A DNA stretch of 21,247 bases from Thermoplasmata archaeon (GCA_034667685.1 JAXDQU010000016.1:1-21247); one strand, 5' to 3'. Positions 7,584 through 16,725 are shown, counted from the stretch's first letter. Notes: a model not told the origin generated them from the sequence alone. A program made the numbers and translations.

Positions 7584-9089
7584 CTACCCTGACACCACGC
7601 GCGCCGCCGCGATCACGGGCGCCACGCCGTTCGACGCATCGGGGAACCCGCCCCACACCACATCCCCCGAAGCGCCCGCCCCGAGGTAGTCGCCGATGAA
7701 GCTCTGGCGCTCCTGGTGGCGGCCGAGGTCGCCGTCCCACGAGACGTTGGTGACGCGCTCGTCGGCCCACGTCTTCCCGCCGTCGAGGCTGACGCCGTGC
7801 GTGACGTCGATGAGGTGGTTGCTCGGATCGTAGCGCGTGTCGAGGTAGAAGACGTGCAGCGACCCGTCGCGCGGGATCGCCACGTTGGCGAGCCACTGCT
7901 GGCCGGCGCCCGCGTCCTGGTCGACGCGCACGGGCTCGGACCACGCGTGGCCGTCGTCGTGGCTGCTGCGCACGTAGACGTCGGCGTTGCCGCGGTCGTT
8001 GCCCGCGTAGAGCGCATAGAGCGTGCCGTCGGGCACGTACGCCAGCTCGAGGTTGGTGCCGGTGCGGAACTGCGAGCCGTTGAACGTGCCGGGGATCGAG
8101 TGGATATCAAAGCTGTGCGCGGGCGTCGTCCACGTGCGGCCATCGTCCGCGCTCCACGAGATGGAGATGGGCGTCTGCTGCTCGGTGGCCGCGCCCGAGA
8201 CGCCGGTGCCGGGCCGGCCCAGCATGACCAGCGTGCCGTTGGGGCTCGCCGCGAGCGCCTCGCACGTCGTGACGGGCGGCGCGTCGGGCCCGTTGACGAG
8301 CACCGGCGCGTCCGCGGTCTTGCCGCCGTCGCGCGAGGCGAGCACGTGGCAGTCCGTGTAGACCTTGCCCGTGATCGCGACGGGCCCGCCGCTCGTGGCG
8401 CGAATGGCCGTGATGACGCTCTGCGTCTTCGGGTTCACAACGGTGCGGTGGTAGTCGATGATGGCCGCGAGACCGTCGCTGACGTCCTCGGTCACGGCGT
8501 CGGGCCACGTGTCGCCCCCGTCGTGGCTCGTCGCGAGCACGACCTTCCAGCCCGGCGTCAGCAGCGCGCGGCGGCTCGTCGGGTCGGGCCCGAGCGGGCC
8601 GCTGGCGCTGGGCGAGGCGAGGTTGTACAGCTCGACCGCGTAGTGCACGTCGCCCTTCGCGTCGAACGCAAGGTCCGGGTCCGTGTTGCACGCGAAGCCG
8701 TAGTAGGGCGAGGTGGGGTCGCGCTCGTACCACTTGCCGCCGATGGTGACGTCCTTCCACGTCTTGCCGCCGTCGTGCGTGACCGCGAGGCCGTTCCAGA
8801 CGCAGTACGTGCTGCTCTCCGGATCGTCGTCCTTGCTTCCGATGACGACGTTGTTCGGGTCCTTCGGGTTGACCGCGAGCGCGATCTCGGCCTTGGGGCC
8901 CGGCGTGTGGCTGCCGCGCGCGACGCACTCCTGCACCCACGCGGGGTCGTGCGCGCGCTCGTCGCCGCCCAGCGTGCAGTCGAGGTGCCACGGTCCCGTC
9001 GTCGCCGTCGAGGCGGTCGAGACCCTGGCGCCGGGCGTCGCGCAGCCCGACAGGACCGCCAGGAGCAGGATGGCCGCAAGCCTCCGCAT
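7584..9089 (-). CDS. Sialidase-family (BNR/Asp-box beta-propeller) lipoprotein
   Basis: Lipobox-like LSGC after MRRLAAILLLAV; six Asp-boxes (THDGGKTW, SHDGGDTW, SRDGGKTA, SADDGRTW, SHDDGHAW, SLDGGKTW); C-terminal FIGDY. Confidence 0.88.
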   Translation of the reverse strand: MRRLAAILLLAVLSGCATPGARVSTASTATTGPWHLDCTLGGDERAHDPAWVQECVARGSHTPGPKAEIALAVNPKDPNNVVIGSKDDDPESSTYCVWNGLAVTHDGGKTWKDVTIGGKWYERDPTSPYYGFACNTDPDLAFDAKGDVHYAVELYNLASPSASGPLGPDPTSRRALLTPGWKVVLATSHDGGDTWPDAVTEDVSDGLAAIIDYHRTVVNPKTQSVITAIRATSGGPVAITGKVYTDCHVLASRDGGKTADAPVLVNGPDAPPVTTCEALAASPNGTLVMLGRPGTGVSGAATEQQTPISISWSADDGRTWTTPAHSFDIHSIPGTFNGSQFRTGTNLELAYVPDGTLYALYAGNDRGNADVYVRSSHDDGHAWSEPVRVDQDAGAGQQWLANVAIPRDGSLHVFYLDTRYDPSNHLIDVTHGVSLDGGKTWADERVTNVSWDGDLGRHQERQSFIGDYLGAGASGDVVWGGFPDASNGVAPVIAAARVVSG

Positions 9090-9113
9090 GCGCAGCCCAT
9101 CCCGAGAAGGCAT

Positions 9114-9120
9114 CTTGAAG
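9114..9120. promoter_or_regulatory. Candidate bidirectional TATA-like box
   Basis: CTTGAAG/CTTCAAG sits 29-30 nt from both divergent starts (9089 minus, 9144 plus). Confidence 0.5.
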
Positions 9121-9143
9121 ACTCGCGCGGCGCTGCCATCCAC

Positions 9144-9851
9144 GTGCGCGTGGCCGCCCTCGTCTCCGGAGGCAAGGACAGCATCCTCGCGCTCCACTGC
9201 GCGCAGGCCACCGGCTGGGACGTCACGCACGTCGTCACGGTCCGCAGCCGCGCGCCCGACTCCTACATGTTCCACGTGCCGAACACGGACCTCGCGCCCC
9301 GGATCGCCGAGGCGCTCGGGCTTCCGCTCGTGGCGGTGGAGACGCGCGGCGAGAAGGAGGCCGAGGTCGCGGACCTGGAGGCCGCGCTCGCGAGCCTGCC
9401 CCTCGACGGATTCGTCAGCGGCGCGGTCGCCAGCGAGTACCAGCGCACGCGCCTGGAGGGGATCGGCCACCGCCTCGGCCTGAAGAGCTTCACGCCGCTC
9501 TGGCACAAGCGCCCCGAGGCGATCCTGGAGACCGTGACGCAGCCCGGCTGGGACGTGCGCTTCGCCGCGGTCGCCGCCGAAGGCCTCGACGAGCGCTGGC
9601 TGGGCCGCCGCCTCGACGCCGACGCCGCGCGCGAGCTGGCCGCCCTCCACGAGCGATTCGGCCTCCACGTCGCGGGCGAGGGGGGCGAGTACGAGACGCT
9701 CGTGCTCGACGCGCCGTGCTATCAAAGTCGGATCGTCGTCGAGGAGGCGCGGGCGGAGTGGCGCCGCGACGGGGGCGTGTGGCAAGTCGCCGCCGCGAGG
9801 CTGGAGCCGAAGCCTCCAAGTAGCGTTGCGGGCCTGCCCGCGCGTGCTTGA
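9144..9851 (+). CDS. dph6: Diphthine--ammonia ligase (diphthamide synthase)
   Basis: PP-loop SGGKDS; DSYMFHVPN; GAVASEYQ; PLWH; GLHVAGEGGEYETLVLDAP. Confidence 0.93.
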   Translation: MRVAALVSGGKDSILALHCAQATGWDVTHVVTVRSRAPDSYMFHVPNTDLAPRIAEALGLPLVAVETRGEKEAEVADLEAALASLPLDGFVSGAVASEYQRTRLEGIGHRLGLKSFTPLWHKRPEAILETVTQPGWDVRFAAVAAEGLDERWLGRRLDADAARELAALHERFGLHVAGEGGEYETLVLDAPCYQSRIVVEEARAEWRRDGGVWQVAAARLEPKPPSSVAGLPARA

Positions 9852-10470
9852 CCCCAGCGAGGTCGACCGCATCGCGCACGTCACGGGTCTGCCCCTGATG
9901 CGCCTCGTGGACTGGAAGAACCGCGCCGCCGAGCCCTTCGAGCTGCGCTGCAAGCCCACCGAAGGCGGCGCGTTCGCCCTCGACCTCAACACGCCGCAGC
10001 CCACCGCCGTCCCCACCGCGGTCCCCGTCGTCCACGGCGACTACGAGTCGCGCAAGGAGGACGACGGCGCGGTCGTCTACAAGGGGCTCCCCGGCAACAG
10101 CATGGGGCAGGTGCTGGCCAACGACGGCCGCCCCGCGTTCGGCGTCGCCTACGACGTCACCGAGATGGATGCCGAGGGGCGTCCGCTCTTCAAGGTCTAC
10201 TTCGGCAGCGCCACCGAGTGGTTCGTCAAGAACGCCTACCACCAGAAGTGGAACGACCTGCGCGAGGCCAAGCGCGAGCTGGAGCCCGAGAGCGCCCCCG
10301 CGCCGCAGCAGGACGCGCCCCGCGGCAAGGAGGCCGGGCGCAACCCGCGGGACCGTGCAAGGAACGAGCAGCGCGGCGGCGGGCAGGGGGGCGGTGGTGG
10401 CCGCAGGCGCGGACGCCGCGGCGGACGGGGACGCGGGCGCGGCGGGGGCGGCAACCCCAGCGCGGAGTGA
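9844..10470 (+). CDS. Hypothetical protein with RG/RGG-rich C-terminal tail
   Basis: GTG9844 overlaps the end of dph6 by 8 nt; coding-like codon bias; tail RGGGQGGGGGRRRGRRGGRGRGRGGGG. Confidence 0.8.
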   Translation: MLDPSEVDRIAHVTGLPLMRLVDWKNRAAEPFELRCKPTEGGAFALDLNTPQPTAVPTAVPVVHGDYESRKEDDGAVVYKGLPGNSMGQVLANDGRPAFGVAYDVTEMDAEGRPLFKVYFGSATEWFVKNAYHQKWNDLREAKRELEPESAPAPQQDAPRGKEAGRNPRDRARNEQRGGGQGGGGGRRRGRRGGRGRGRGGGGNPSAE

Positions 10471-10522
10471 CGTTCGCTCCACGTCTCCCATGAGGGCTGA
10501 CCCGTGGCCGCCTCCGGCGGGA

Positions 10523-10687
10523 AAAGACGGAATCTCCGAATCACGGAATCTCCGTGCGTGACCTTGGCAGAAACCCGAGAACCCGTGGACCCGAGAACCC
10601 GGCGTTGGATTTCGGGTCGGCGGGTCCTCGGGGGTTTCCTCTCCAGCTCACGAGGCGGAGATTCCGTGATTCGGAGATTCCGTCTTT
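10523..10687. repeat. Nested palindrome of two 8-nt-unit families at a convergent junction
   Basis: 10523-10554 is the exact reverse complement of 10656-10687 (32 bp; CGGAATCT/CCGAATCA units). Inner imperfect hairpin at ~10570-10638 built from AACCCGAG units. Confidence 0.92.
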
Positions 10688-10721
10688 CCGCGCGGAGCGC
10701 GCCGACGACCAGCCATCGGCC

Positions 10722-12032
10722 TTAGCGCACCGGTCCGAGCCCGTTGGCCACGGCGCGCCCCAGCCGCTCGGCCGCGCGGTCCGTCTTCGCCACCACCGCT
10801 TGCTCGTCGAGCGTCAGGAAGCGCCCGTCGAGATAGAGCGGCTTGCCGGCGACGGCGGTCATGCGCACGTCGCCGCCGTGCGCGCAGTAGACCAGCGCGC
10901 TGGCCGGGTCGTGCAGCGGGCGCATGTGCGGCGCCTTCGTCGAGACGAGGCAGAGGTCCGCGGGCGCGCCCACCACGAGGCCGCGCGCGTCGAGGCCCAG
11001 GGCGCGCGAGCCGCCGATCGTCGCCTGGTCGAGCACGACCTGCGCGGGCGCGGCGCGGGCGTCCCAGCGGTGGTTCTTCTGGAGGATCGCGGCGAACTTC
11101 GTCGTCTCCAGCATGTCGAGGCTGTTGTTGCTCGCCGCGCCATCGGTGCCCAAGGCGACCGTGACGCCGGCCTCGCGCATCTCCTCCATGGGCATGACGC
11201 CGCCCGTGGCGAGCTTGAGGTTGGAGATCGGGCAATGCGCCGCGCTGGCGCCGTGCTCGGCCATGACGCGGATCTCGTCCTTCGTGACCCAGCCGCAGTG
11301 CGCCAGGACCGAGCCTCGCAGCAGGTCGTGGCGGCGCAGGACCTCCACCGGGCGCGCGCCCTTCTTTGATAGCACGTCCTGCACCTCGAAGCGTGTCTCG
11401 CTGCAATGGGTGTGGATGCGCATGCCCGTCTCGTCGCGGACCGCGCGGCAGCGCTCCAGCGCGTCGTCGCTCATGGTGTAGGTGGCGTGCGGCGAGAGCG
11501 TGGGCGTGATCAGCGCGTGGTCCTTCCACTTGGCGTGGTGCCGGCGCGCGTTGGGCTCCTGCTCGTGCACCTTCAGCTCGGGCGTGTCGAAGCCGATCAG
11601 CGTCGCGCCCACGTGCGCGCGGATGCCGGCCGCCGCGGCCGCCTGCGCCGTCGCGTCGCTGAAGAAGTACATGTCGTTGAAGCACGTCGTGCCGGTGCGG
11701 ATCATCTCCAGGAGCGCGAGCTGCGTGCCCGTGATGATATCATCCTGGGTGAGCCGGCGCTCGGCGGGCCAGATGCGCGTGCGCAGCCACTCCTCCAGCG
11801 GCAGGTCGTCGCCCAGCCCGCGGAAGAGCGTCATCGGGCTGTGCGTGTGCGCGTTGACGAAGCCCGGCAGCAGGATGTCGCCGCCCGCCTCCACCGTGAC
11901 GTCGGCGTCCGCGCGCAGGCCCGGCCCGATCGCCTCGATCATGCCCTCGCGCGCCAGCAGGTCGCCGCGCAGCGCGGTGCGCCGGGCGTCCTGCGTCAGG
12001 ATGATGGCGTCGCGCACCAGCAGCGAGGGCAC
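10722..12032 (-). CDS. mtaD: Amidohydrolase, 5-methylthioadenosine/S-adenosylhomocysteine (5'-deoxyadenosine) deaminase-like
   Basis: PGFVNAHTHSPMTLFRG, DMYF, PHATYT, HTHCSET, HCPISNLKLATG, GTDGAASNNSLD. Confidence 0.85.
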   Translation of the reverse strand: MPSLLVRDAIILTQDARRTALRGDLLAREGMIEAIGPGLRADADVTVEAGGDILLPGFVNAHTHSPMTLFRGLGDDLPLEEWLRTRIWPAERRLTQDDIITGTQLALLEMIRTGTTCFNDMYFFSDATAQAAAAAGIRAHVGATLIGFDTPELKVHEQEPNARRHHAKWKDHALITPTLSPHATYTMSDDALERCRAVRDETGMRIHTHCSETRFEVQDVLSKKGARPVEVLRRHDLLRGSVLAHCGWVTKDEIRVMAEHGASAAHCPISNLKLATGGVMPMEEMREAGVTVALGTDGAASNNSLDMLETTKFAAILQKNHRWDARAAPAQVVLDQATIGGSRALGLDARGLVVGAPADLCLVSTKAPHMRPLHDPASALVYCAHGGDVRMTAVAGKPLYLDGRFLTLDEQAVVAKTDRAAERLGRAVANGLGPVR

Positions 12033-12035
12033 GCG

Positions 12036-12098
12036 GCCCCCAGCCTCAGCCCCAGCCTTAGCCTTAGCCTCAGCCCCAGCCTTAGCCTTAGCCTCGGC
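12036..12098. repeat. Hexamer tandem array (AGCCTY/AGCCCC)n
   Basis: About ten units fill almost the entire spacer; same unit as 2161-2225. Confidence 0.9.
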
Positions 12099-12818
12099 TC
12101 ACGCCATCGGCGCCGCGGCTTGCCCGACGGGCGTGACCGCGGTCGCGTCGATGTACGTGTAGCCGCCCTCGCGCAGGAGCCGGCCCGAGACGCGGATGGT
12201 GGCGCCGCTCCACTGCGCGACGTCGCCCTGGCTCGTGACGACGCCCACGGCGGCCTTGCCGTCGGAGATGCGCAGCATCTTGCGGCCGCGGAACTCCAGC
12301 ACGTCGGCGGCCTGGCCGGTGACCTCGACCATGCGGCCCGCCTTGCCGCTGAGGCCCGAGACGCTGGCGACGGGCTCGACGTAGGGCGTGCTCTCGGACC
12401 AGAGGCGCTGGAAATCGCCCTGGAGGCGGCGCACGGCGTTGGTCTCCAGCGTCGTCATCGCGGTGGTCTTGGGGTGGACGGCGCCGCTGAAGACGAGCGC
12501 GCGGTCCTTGCCGATGGCCGCGTTGACGCGCACCTCGGGGTGCATGCGGACCTCGCAGGTCGCGAGGACCTCGGGCGTCACGCTCTCCGCGCGCGGCACG
12601 AGCACCTTGGCGTTGCTGGGCAGGCGGATCTCGGCGATGCGCGTGGCGAGGACGGCGAGCCGGGTCCCGGGGGACGCGACGTCGTCCAGGCTCCAGGTGC
12701 CCGAGAGGCGCGTGGATTCGGTGGGCTTGGAGGTGCGGCTGCTGAGGTTCCAGGCGATGGCGACCACGACGGCGCCCGTCACGAACCCGATGAACAGCGA
12801 AAGAGGATCGATCGGCAT
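12099..12818 (-). CDS. Membrane-anchored protein with degenerate PLD-like domain and OB-fold-like C-terminus
   Basis: N-terminal TM helix. RVNAAIGKDRALVFSG...VRRLQGDFQRLWSES resembles a PLD fold lacking HxK. GRMVEVTG...LRISDG...GATIRVSG resembles an OB fold. Confidence 0.7.
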   Translation of the reverse strand: MPIDPLSLFIGFVTGAVVVAIAWNLSSRTSKPTESTRLSGTWSLDDVASPGTRLAVLATRIAEIRLPSNAKVLVPRAESVTPEVLATCEVRMHPEVRVNAAIGKDRALVFSGAVHPKTTAMTTLETNAVRRLQGDFQRLWSESTPYVEPVASVSGLSGKAGRMVEVTGQAADVLEFRGRKMLRISDGKAAVGVVTSQGDVAQWSGATIRVSGRLLREGGYTYIDATAVTPVGQAAAPMA

Positions 12819-12971
12819 CCCATCACGACGACCGGACTCACCTCTGCGGGCTATTTCAAGTGTGCGAAGTGGAAACGCAGGCGGGCAGCCGCCGTGCGCC
12901 CCCGTACTTTCAGGCCCCCCCGGCCGCCGGCCGCTTGAGGGGCCTGTCGCTTGCTTCCCCTGGAGATTGGC

Positions 12972-13238
12972 ATGTTCTGCGCCCTGTGCGGCCAGCACGC
13001 GCGCCACCCGAAGAGCCCCGTCCTGGAGCTGCGGCGCAAGGAGTGCCCCCGCTTCCCCGACGGGGTGATCCACCGCGGGTGCTGCGCCGGCGAGGTCTGC
13101 TCCTTCCTCGACAGCCGCGGCCACGTCCGCTGCGGCTGGGAGATCGGGGGCAAGGAACGGCTCGAAGTCAAGATCCGGAACCAGCTTCTGAAGGAGATGA
13201 CGTCGCCTCCTCCCGCTGCGGACGTGGCGCACGACTGA
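12972..13238 (+). CDS. Small Cys/His-rich putative zinc-binding protein
   Basis: GGAG before ATG12972; CALC...C...HRGCC...C...HVRC; no signal peptide. Confidence 0.7.
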   Translation: MFCALCGQHARHPKSPVLELRRKECPRFPDGVIHRGCCAGEVCSFLDSRGHVRCGWEIGGKERLEVKIRNQLLKEMTSPPPAADVAHD

Positions 13239-13302
13239 AACCGCTCACGCTGGCGCTTTGCGCGCACATTCCGACAGGTCCTGCCATAAACGCCGCCTTC
13301 TT

Positions 13303-13491
13303 TCTTGCAAGTCTCCGGTGACCATCGACCCCCCAACCCCCCTGATCCCAGGGGGGCTACGACGGGCGCTCCTCGCTGCGCTCGTCGCGCTGATTTGTCA
13401 TCTGCCGAGCGCGCCGTGCGCGTGAGGCCGTCGTCGTCCCCCCAGAGAACAGGGGGGTTGGGGGGTCGATGGTCACCGGAGACGTGCAAGA
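13303..13491. mobile_element. MITE/REPIN-like non-autonomous element
   Basis: 42-bp terminal inverted repeats (13303-13344 and 13450-13491, one mismatch); inner stem ~13351-13365 with ~13428-13443; no coding capacity; no clear target-site duplication. Confidence 0.6.
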
Positions 13492-13614
13492 GACGACGGC
13501 GACCACGGCGCCGACGTCGACGCGGGGATCCGGCGACCAAATGTTGGAAACGCAAGTCCCGCGGTGCCGACCGGACGCCCACGGCCAGGAGACTGGCGCT
13601 CGGAAAAAACGATA

Positions 13615-14352
13615 TCACGAAGCCCGCGTGGGCGCCCGCGCCGCGAGCTTCGCGGGGCGGAAGCGCAACCGGACCAAGGTGCGCAGGAAGGCGACGAACT
13701 CGGAGGGGCCGAGCTTCGACTTGCCCACGGTGCGGTTCTCGAAGGTGATGGGCACCTCCACGATACGCATGCCGGTGCGCCGCGCGAGATGGAGCGCCTC
13801 GACCTGGAAGGCGTAGCCGTCGCTCTGCACGGCCTGCACGACGCCAGCGGCCTCGCGGACGTAGGCGCGGTACCCGCTCGTGGTGTCGCCGACCTTGAGA
13901 CCCAGCGCCAGGCGCGCGAGCGTGTTGCCGGTGCCGCTGACGAGCCTGCGATACCAGTTCCAGCCCACGACGCGGCCCTGCGGCGCGTAGCGCGAGCCCA
14001 CCGCGACGTCGGCGCCGCTCTCGATCGCCTCGATCAGCGCCGGGAGATAGCGCGGGTCGTGCGAGAGGTCGGCGTCCATCTCGAAGATGATATCACCCTT
14101 CGCGGCGGCGAAGCCGTCGCGGTACGCGCTGCCCAGGCCGCTCTTGGCGGGGCGGCTCACGACGCGGATCGGGTGCGCGCTCGCCAGGTCGCGCGCCAGC
14201 TCGCCGGTGCCATCGGGGCTGGCGTCGTCGACGACGACGATCTCGTAGTCGATCGGCATGTGCTCGGCGATGGCCGCGACGAGGCGGGGAAGGTTCTGTC
14301 GCTCGTTGTAGGTCGGCACGACGACGCTCGCGAAGCGCGCCCGGCGGTCCAT
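13615..14352 (-). CDS. Polyprenol/dolichol-phosphate mannose synthase (GT2, DPM1-like)
   Basis: VVVPTYNE, VVDDASPDGT, GLGSAY, EMDADLSH, GSRY, DTTSGYRAY, GYAFQVE, EVPITFENR..GKSK. Confidence 0.92.
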   Translation of the reverse strand: MDRRARFASVVVPTYNERQNLPRLVAAIAEHMPIDYEIVVVDDASPDGTGELARDLASAHPIRVVSRPAKSGLGSAYRDGFAAAKGDIIFEMDADLSHDPRYLPALIEAIESGADVAVGSRYAPQGRVVGWNWYRRLVSGTGNTLARLALGLKVGDTTSGYRAYVREAAGVVQAVQSDGYAFQVEALHLARRTGMRIVEVPITFENRTVGKSKLGPSEFVAFLRTLVRLRFRPAKLAARAPTRAS

Positions 14353-14385
14353 GATGCCAGGGGTCCGCGGCGGATCGAAGGCGGC

Positions 14386-14446
14386 TCTGGTACGCGCGTG
14401 GAACCGAGCGAGCGATCGCCTCGCGAGGCGCCATCGCTGTACCAGA
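14386..14446. promoter_or_regulatory. Mirror-placed GTACCAGA motifs at divergent promoters
   Basis: GTACCAGA on minus (14393-14386) and plus (14439-14446), each ending 34 nt from its start codon; third copy at 16797-16804. Confidence 0.5.
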
Positions 14447-14479
14447 AACCACTCCAAGCGCGCGAAGGACGGTGCGCGC

Positions 14480-15508
14480 ATGGCCTCCTCCAGGCTCAAG
14501 GCCGCCCTGCTCCTCGCGCTGGGTGTGACGATCCTCGCCGCGATGGTCGTCTGGGTCGGCCCTGGCCGCGTGCTCCTCGCGCTGTCCCGCGCCTCGCCCG
14601 TCTACCTGGGGCTCGCGGTCCTCGCCTACGCCGCGTTCTTCGTGCTGCGCGGGTGGCGCTGGAAGACGCTCTTCTCGCAGAGCGCGCCCGACGTGCGCCT
14701 TTCCTCCACCACCGGGATCACGGCGGTGGGCTGGCTGGCGAACAGCATCGTCCCGCTCAAGGGCGGCGACGTGCTGCGCGCGGCGCTCCTGGCGAAGAAG
14801 GAGAAGGTGGGCCTCGGCCCCGCGGCGAGCACGGTCGCCCTGGAGCGCGTCCTCGACATGCTGGGCCTCGCGATCGTCGCGGCCATCGGCCTCTTCATGA
14901 TCCCCGACGACACGCGCGCCGCGCTCCCGCACGGCATCGCGCGCGCGCTGGAGATCGCGTGGATCCTGCCGATCCTCGGCCTCGCGTGCCTGGGCGTGCT
15001 CGTGCTGCTGCGCGAGCGCGTCGTGGCGCTCGCCTCGCGCACCATCGGCCAATGGGGCCGCTTCGGCGTGCGCGTCGTGGAGTACCTCGCGACCACGCTC
15101 GCGGGCCTCGCGGCGCTCGCGCGCAAGCCCAAGCTCATGCTCGCGCTCGTGCCGCAGAGCATCCTCGTGGGCGCGGCGCAGGCGGCGATCTTCGCCTTCC
15201 TCGTCGCGGCCTTCCTGCCCGGCACGCCGCTCGTCCTCGCGTTCGCCGGCGGCAGCCTCTTCCTGCTATCATTCGTGGTGAGCGTCACGCCGGGCAACGT
15301 GGGGACCTACGAGGCCGCGTTCGTCGCGGTCTTCGTCGCGCTCGGGCTCCCCAGCGACCTCGTGGTGCCCGCCGCGATCCTCACGCACCTGACCACGACC
15401 ATGATCGTCGCGGTGCTCGGCAGCCTCGGCATGCTCACGCTGGGCCTGGAGGGCAAGGCGCTCGCCTGGCGCCCGGCCAAGGCTCCCCTCGGAGGTGGCG
15501 CGCAGTGA
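14480..15508 (+). CDS. Lysylphosphatidylglycerol-synthase-TM / flippase-like membrane protein (UPF0104 type)
   Basis: Multiple TM helices; LRGWRW, NSIVPLKGGDVLR, LERVLD, TPGNVGTYE. Confidence 0.9.
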   Translation: MASSRLKAALLLALGVTILAAMVVWVGPGRVLLALSRASPVYLGLAVLAYAAFFVLRGWRWKTLFSQSAPDVRLSSTTGITAVGWLANSIVPLKGGDVLRAALLAKKEKVGLGPAASTVALERVLDMLGLAIVAAIGLFMIPDDTRAALPHGIARALEIAWILPILGLACLGVLVLLRERVVALASRTIGQWGRFGVRVVEYLATTLAGLAALARKPKLMLALVPQSILVGAAQAAIFAFLVAAFLPGTPLVLAFAGGSLFLLSFVVSVTPGNVGTYEAAFVAVFVALGLPSDLVVPAAILTHLTTTMIVAVLGSLGMLTLGLEGKALAWRPAKAPLGGGAQ

Positions 15509-16725
15509 AGGCCGCCGTCACCTACCCGACCTACGTCCACGACCTCGTCGAGGGCGTCAGCAAGAACGTCCACCACCTGCGCGAGTCGCTCTGCGAGCGC
15601 GGCGTCGAGGCGGTCGACGAGAGCCCGCGCGTCGACGTGGGCGACATGAACAGCAAGAAGGTCTACCTCAAGCAGGGCGTGCGCGCCTACAAGCGCGTCC
15701 GCGCCGCGCTGGAGGACCCCAGCGTCGACGTCGTGCACTACCACGTCTCGATCCCCGGCATGGCGGTGTGGGCCGCGCTCGCCCGCGCGCGCAGCCGCAG
15801 CCGCACGCCGATGGTGCTCCACCTCTGGAACCCGTGGTACGACGCGGCCGACGTGCACGTCGACGCGGGCGCCGAGGCGCGCTATCACAAGCTCTTCAAC
15901 GGCGCGTTCACGACGACGCCCTGGCTGGCGAGCTTCGACGGCATCGTCGTCTCCAGCGAGTACCAGCGTCGCCAGCTCGAGGCGCGCGGCCACGAGGAGA
16001 TCCGCGTGATCCCCAACGGCGTCGACCTCGACGCGTACCCGCCCGCGCCCAGCGAGGCGACGAGCCGCAACGCCCGCCGCGAGCTGGGCCTCCCCACCGA
16101 CCGCACGCTCGCGCTCTACTACGGGCACCTCACGCCGTGGAAGGGCGTCCGCGTGCTCGTGGAGTCGCTGCCCGCGGCGTTCGCGGAGAACCCCGACGCC
16201 GACCTCGTCATCGCCCGCACGCACTACGGCAAGGACGAGCAGGCGATCCGCGCGCGCCTGCGCGAGCTGGGCCTCACCGACCGCGTGCGCTTCCTGGGCA
16301 TCTGCGACGTGCCGCTCCTCCTCCAGGCCGTCGACTGCGGCATCGTGCCCGCGACGGCGGCCGTGGGCACCGCGTGCCACCCCAACGTCGTGCTGGAGTA
16401 CCAGAGCGCGGGCGTGCCCACCGTCGCCTCGCGCGTGGGCAGCGTCCCCGAGGCCGTCGTGGACGGCAAGACGGGCCTGCTCGCGGCGCCCGGGGACGCC
16501 CAGGACCTCGGCGCGAAGCTGGGCCGCCTGCTGGGCGACGCCCCGCTGCGGCGCGGGATGGGCGAGGCCGCGCGCCGCCACGCGGAGACGCACTTCGACT
16601 GGCGCGAGATCGCGCGCCGCTACGAGACCACGCTCCTCGACGTGCAGGGCGCCACGAACGCCCGGCCACTGCGCCGCGAGCCCACGCGCGGGATCCTGCG
16701 CGCCAAGCCGCGCCGCGTGGCGTGA
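15505..16725 (+). CDS. Glycosyltransferase family 4
   Basis: GTGA overlap with the upstream stop; GGAGGTG RBS; VIPNGVD, GHLTPWKGV, VVLEYQSAGVPTVASRVGSVPEAVVDGKTG, FDW. Confidence 0.9.
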   Translation: MKAAVTYPTYVHDLVEGVSKNVHHLRESLCERGVEAVDESPRVDVGDMNSKKVYLKQGVRAYKRVRAALEDPSVDVVHYHVSIPGMAVWAALARARSRSRTPMVLHLWNPWYDAADVHVDAGAEARYHKLFNGAFTTTPWLASFDGIVVSSEYQRRQLEARGHEEIRVIPNGVDLDAYPPAPSEATSRNARRELGLPTDRTLALYYGHLTPWKGVRVLVESLPAAFAENPDADLVIARTHYGKDEQAIRARLRELGLTDRVRFLGICDVPLLLQAVDCGIVPATAAVGTACHPNVVLEYQSAGVPTVASRVGSVPEAVVDGKTGLLAAPGDAQDLGAKLGRLLGDAPLRRGMGEAARRHAETHFDWREIARRYETTLLDVQGATNARPLRREPTRGILRAKPRRVA

